Origin: Octopus sinensis
Taxonomy: Eukaryota
Reading direction: 5' to 3'
Assembly (NCBI RefSeq): GCF_006345805.1
Contig: NC_043008.1
Location: forward strand, 35,030,001-35,094,000
DNA length: 64,000 bases
Position numbers and translations under genes: made by a program. Positions within the stretch are counted from its first letter, which is position 1, and the number at the start of each line of letters is the position of its first letter. Under the pieces are notes generated by a model. That model saw only the letters and a program-made list of their open reading frames with translations. It did not search any database and had not been told where the DNA came from. This document shows, one piece after another, positions 62,881 to 64,000 of the stretch.

Positions 62881-63485
62881 TGTATGTCTGTACATGAGGA
62901 TACGTGGTAACTAATATTCATAAACATATACGTAAAAGCAATTTTTCACAGTAAGTCTTAGAAACAAATAATAAACCATTTTAAAAAGTTTAAACGGGAG
63001 CAAACAGCATCGGTCGTCTGCGTGGTTGGCTCATTGTTTATTACACGGCGTTTCATTGAACGTATCGCAAGCATTAGAACTGAATTTTCTTTTTTATCCA
63101 CTTTGAAGTTCGCCAGATAATAAATCATTTGGTCATGTGGCTTTCATAATTAGTATACGAGTAAAACCAACGACCTAACACACATCAGAAAGAAAGTAAA
63201 TGAACGAATTATTTCGATATAATAATATATATTCCTAAGGTTTATTTATAATAGTAAAATTGCTTTCCGCTTGAGAGGACACGCGTGGTTATGACTGACT
63301 CAACTGAAACCAAATCAGAACAGACAAAGACGAAATTACGTTCTGTTACTACGTGAGACATGTTTTTATAGGGTTTATAAATCATAAATTGTTTTAGAGC
63401 ATATTCTTATACGGAACGAATTGTTATGTGGCAGGCTATAATATCCATCCATCCATTCATCCATCTATCTATCTATCTATCGATG

Positions 63486-63517
<32 letters not shown>

Positions 63518-63750
63518 TATACATATATATATATGTCTATTTATGTTGCTGATGTCATAAGAAGTTTATAAATTTTTGAGAAGCCCATTCTATAAAGTTG
63601 TAGAGAATAGTATGTAAAGACTGGGTTGAAAAACTCGTGTGGGTTCCAATCCCAGGGGCAACTTACGACTTCTACCCAAAAGGTTTTTCAAAGCAATACG
63701 TTCATGCTATTCCTTCTAGCTTTATGTGAAGTGTTTCGAAATCCAGCATA

Positions 63751-63794
<44 letters not shown>

Positions 63795-64000
63795 ACACAC
63801 ACACTCGCGCTTGTTCCAAATTTCTGTGGATGTGTATAGAATAATATATTACTTGAATAAAGTGAGAACATGATCTGGTTTTCCCTTTTTTATTATGGTA
63901 TTTTAACATTAAAAAATATTTTGTAATGATCATAAAGTTCAATTAGCGCTTTCATATGTTCTTAGTAATCATCAGATTTCAAAATGTATTTAACTGACTG

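Overview
This is an AT-rich, microsatellite-saturated animal genomic window (intergenic or one large intron) with no convincing intact protein-coding gene. Nearly every long ORF in the track is a translation of (TA)n/(CA)n/(TATG)n/(TATC)n/(AAT)n tracts. The repeat landscape and an invertebrate-code cox2 NUMT look like an octopod cephalopod (Octopus-like); this is inference from recalled repeat sequences, not a database result. Supported content: (i) many copies of three tRNA-headed SINE families, called A, B and C here; (ii) decayed LINEs (two RTE-type, one L2/Crack-like); (iii) DNA transposons (an internally deleted maT/DD37D-like mariner, a Tc1 remnant, hAT-like and Tc1-like MITEs, two foldback elements); (iv) a Penelope GIY-YIG endonuclease whose YIG motif is split by a MITE; (v) a cox2 NUMT; (vi) about a dozen minimal type-I hammerhead ribozyme (HHR) motifs from several Penelope-LTR-like families, with stems that covary between families. 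The most unusual structure is at 58707-59347: two head-to-head copies of a tRNA-headed element whose 3' part is a hammerhead, one arm ending at the predicted self-cleavage site. It suggests a SINE mobilised by Penelope-type machinery. Minimal HHRs in Penelope-like elements are established knowledge; the chimeric foldback and its interpretation are inference. All alignments and folds were done by eye, and SINE boundaries are approximate (+/-10-20 bp).
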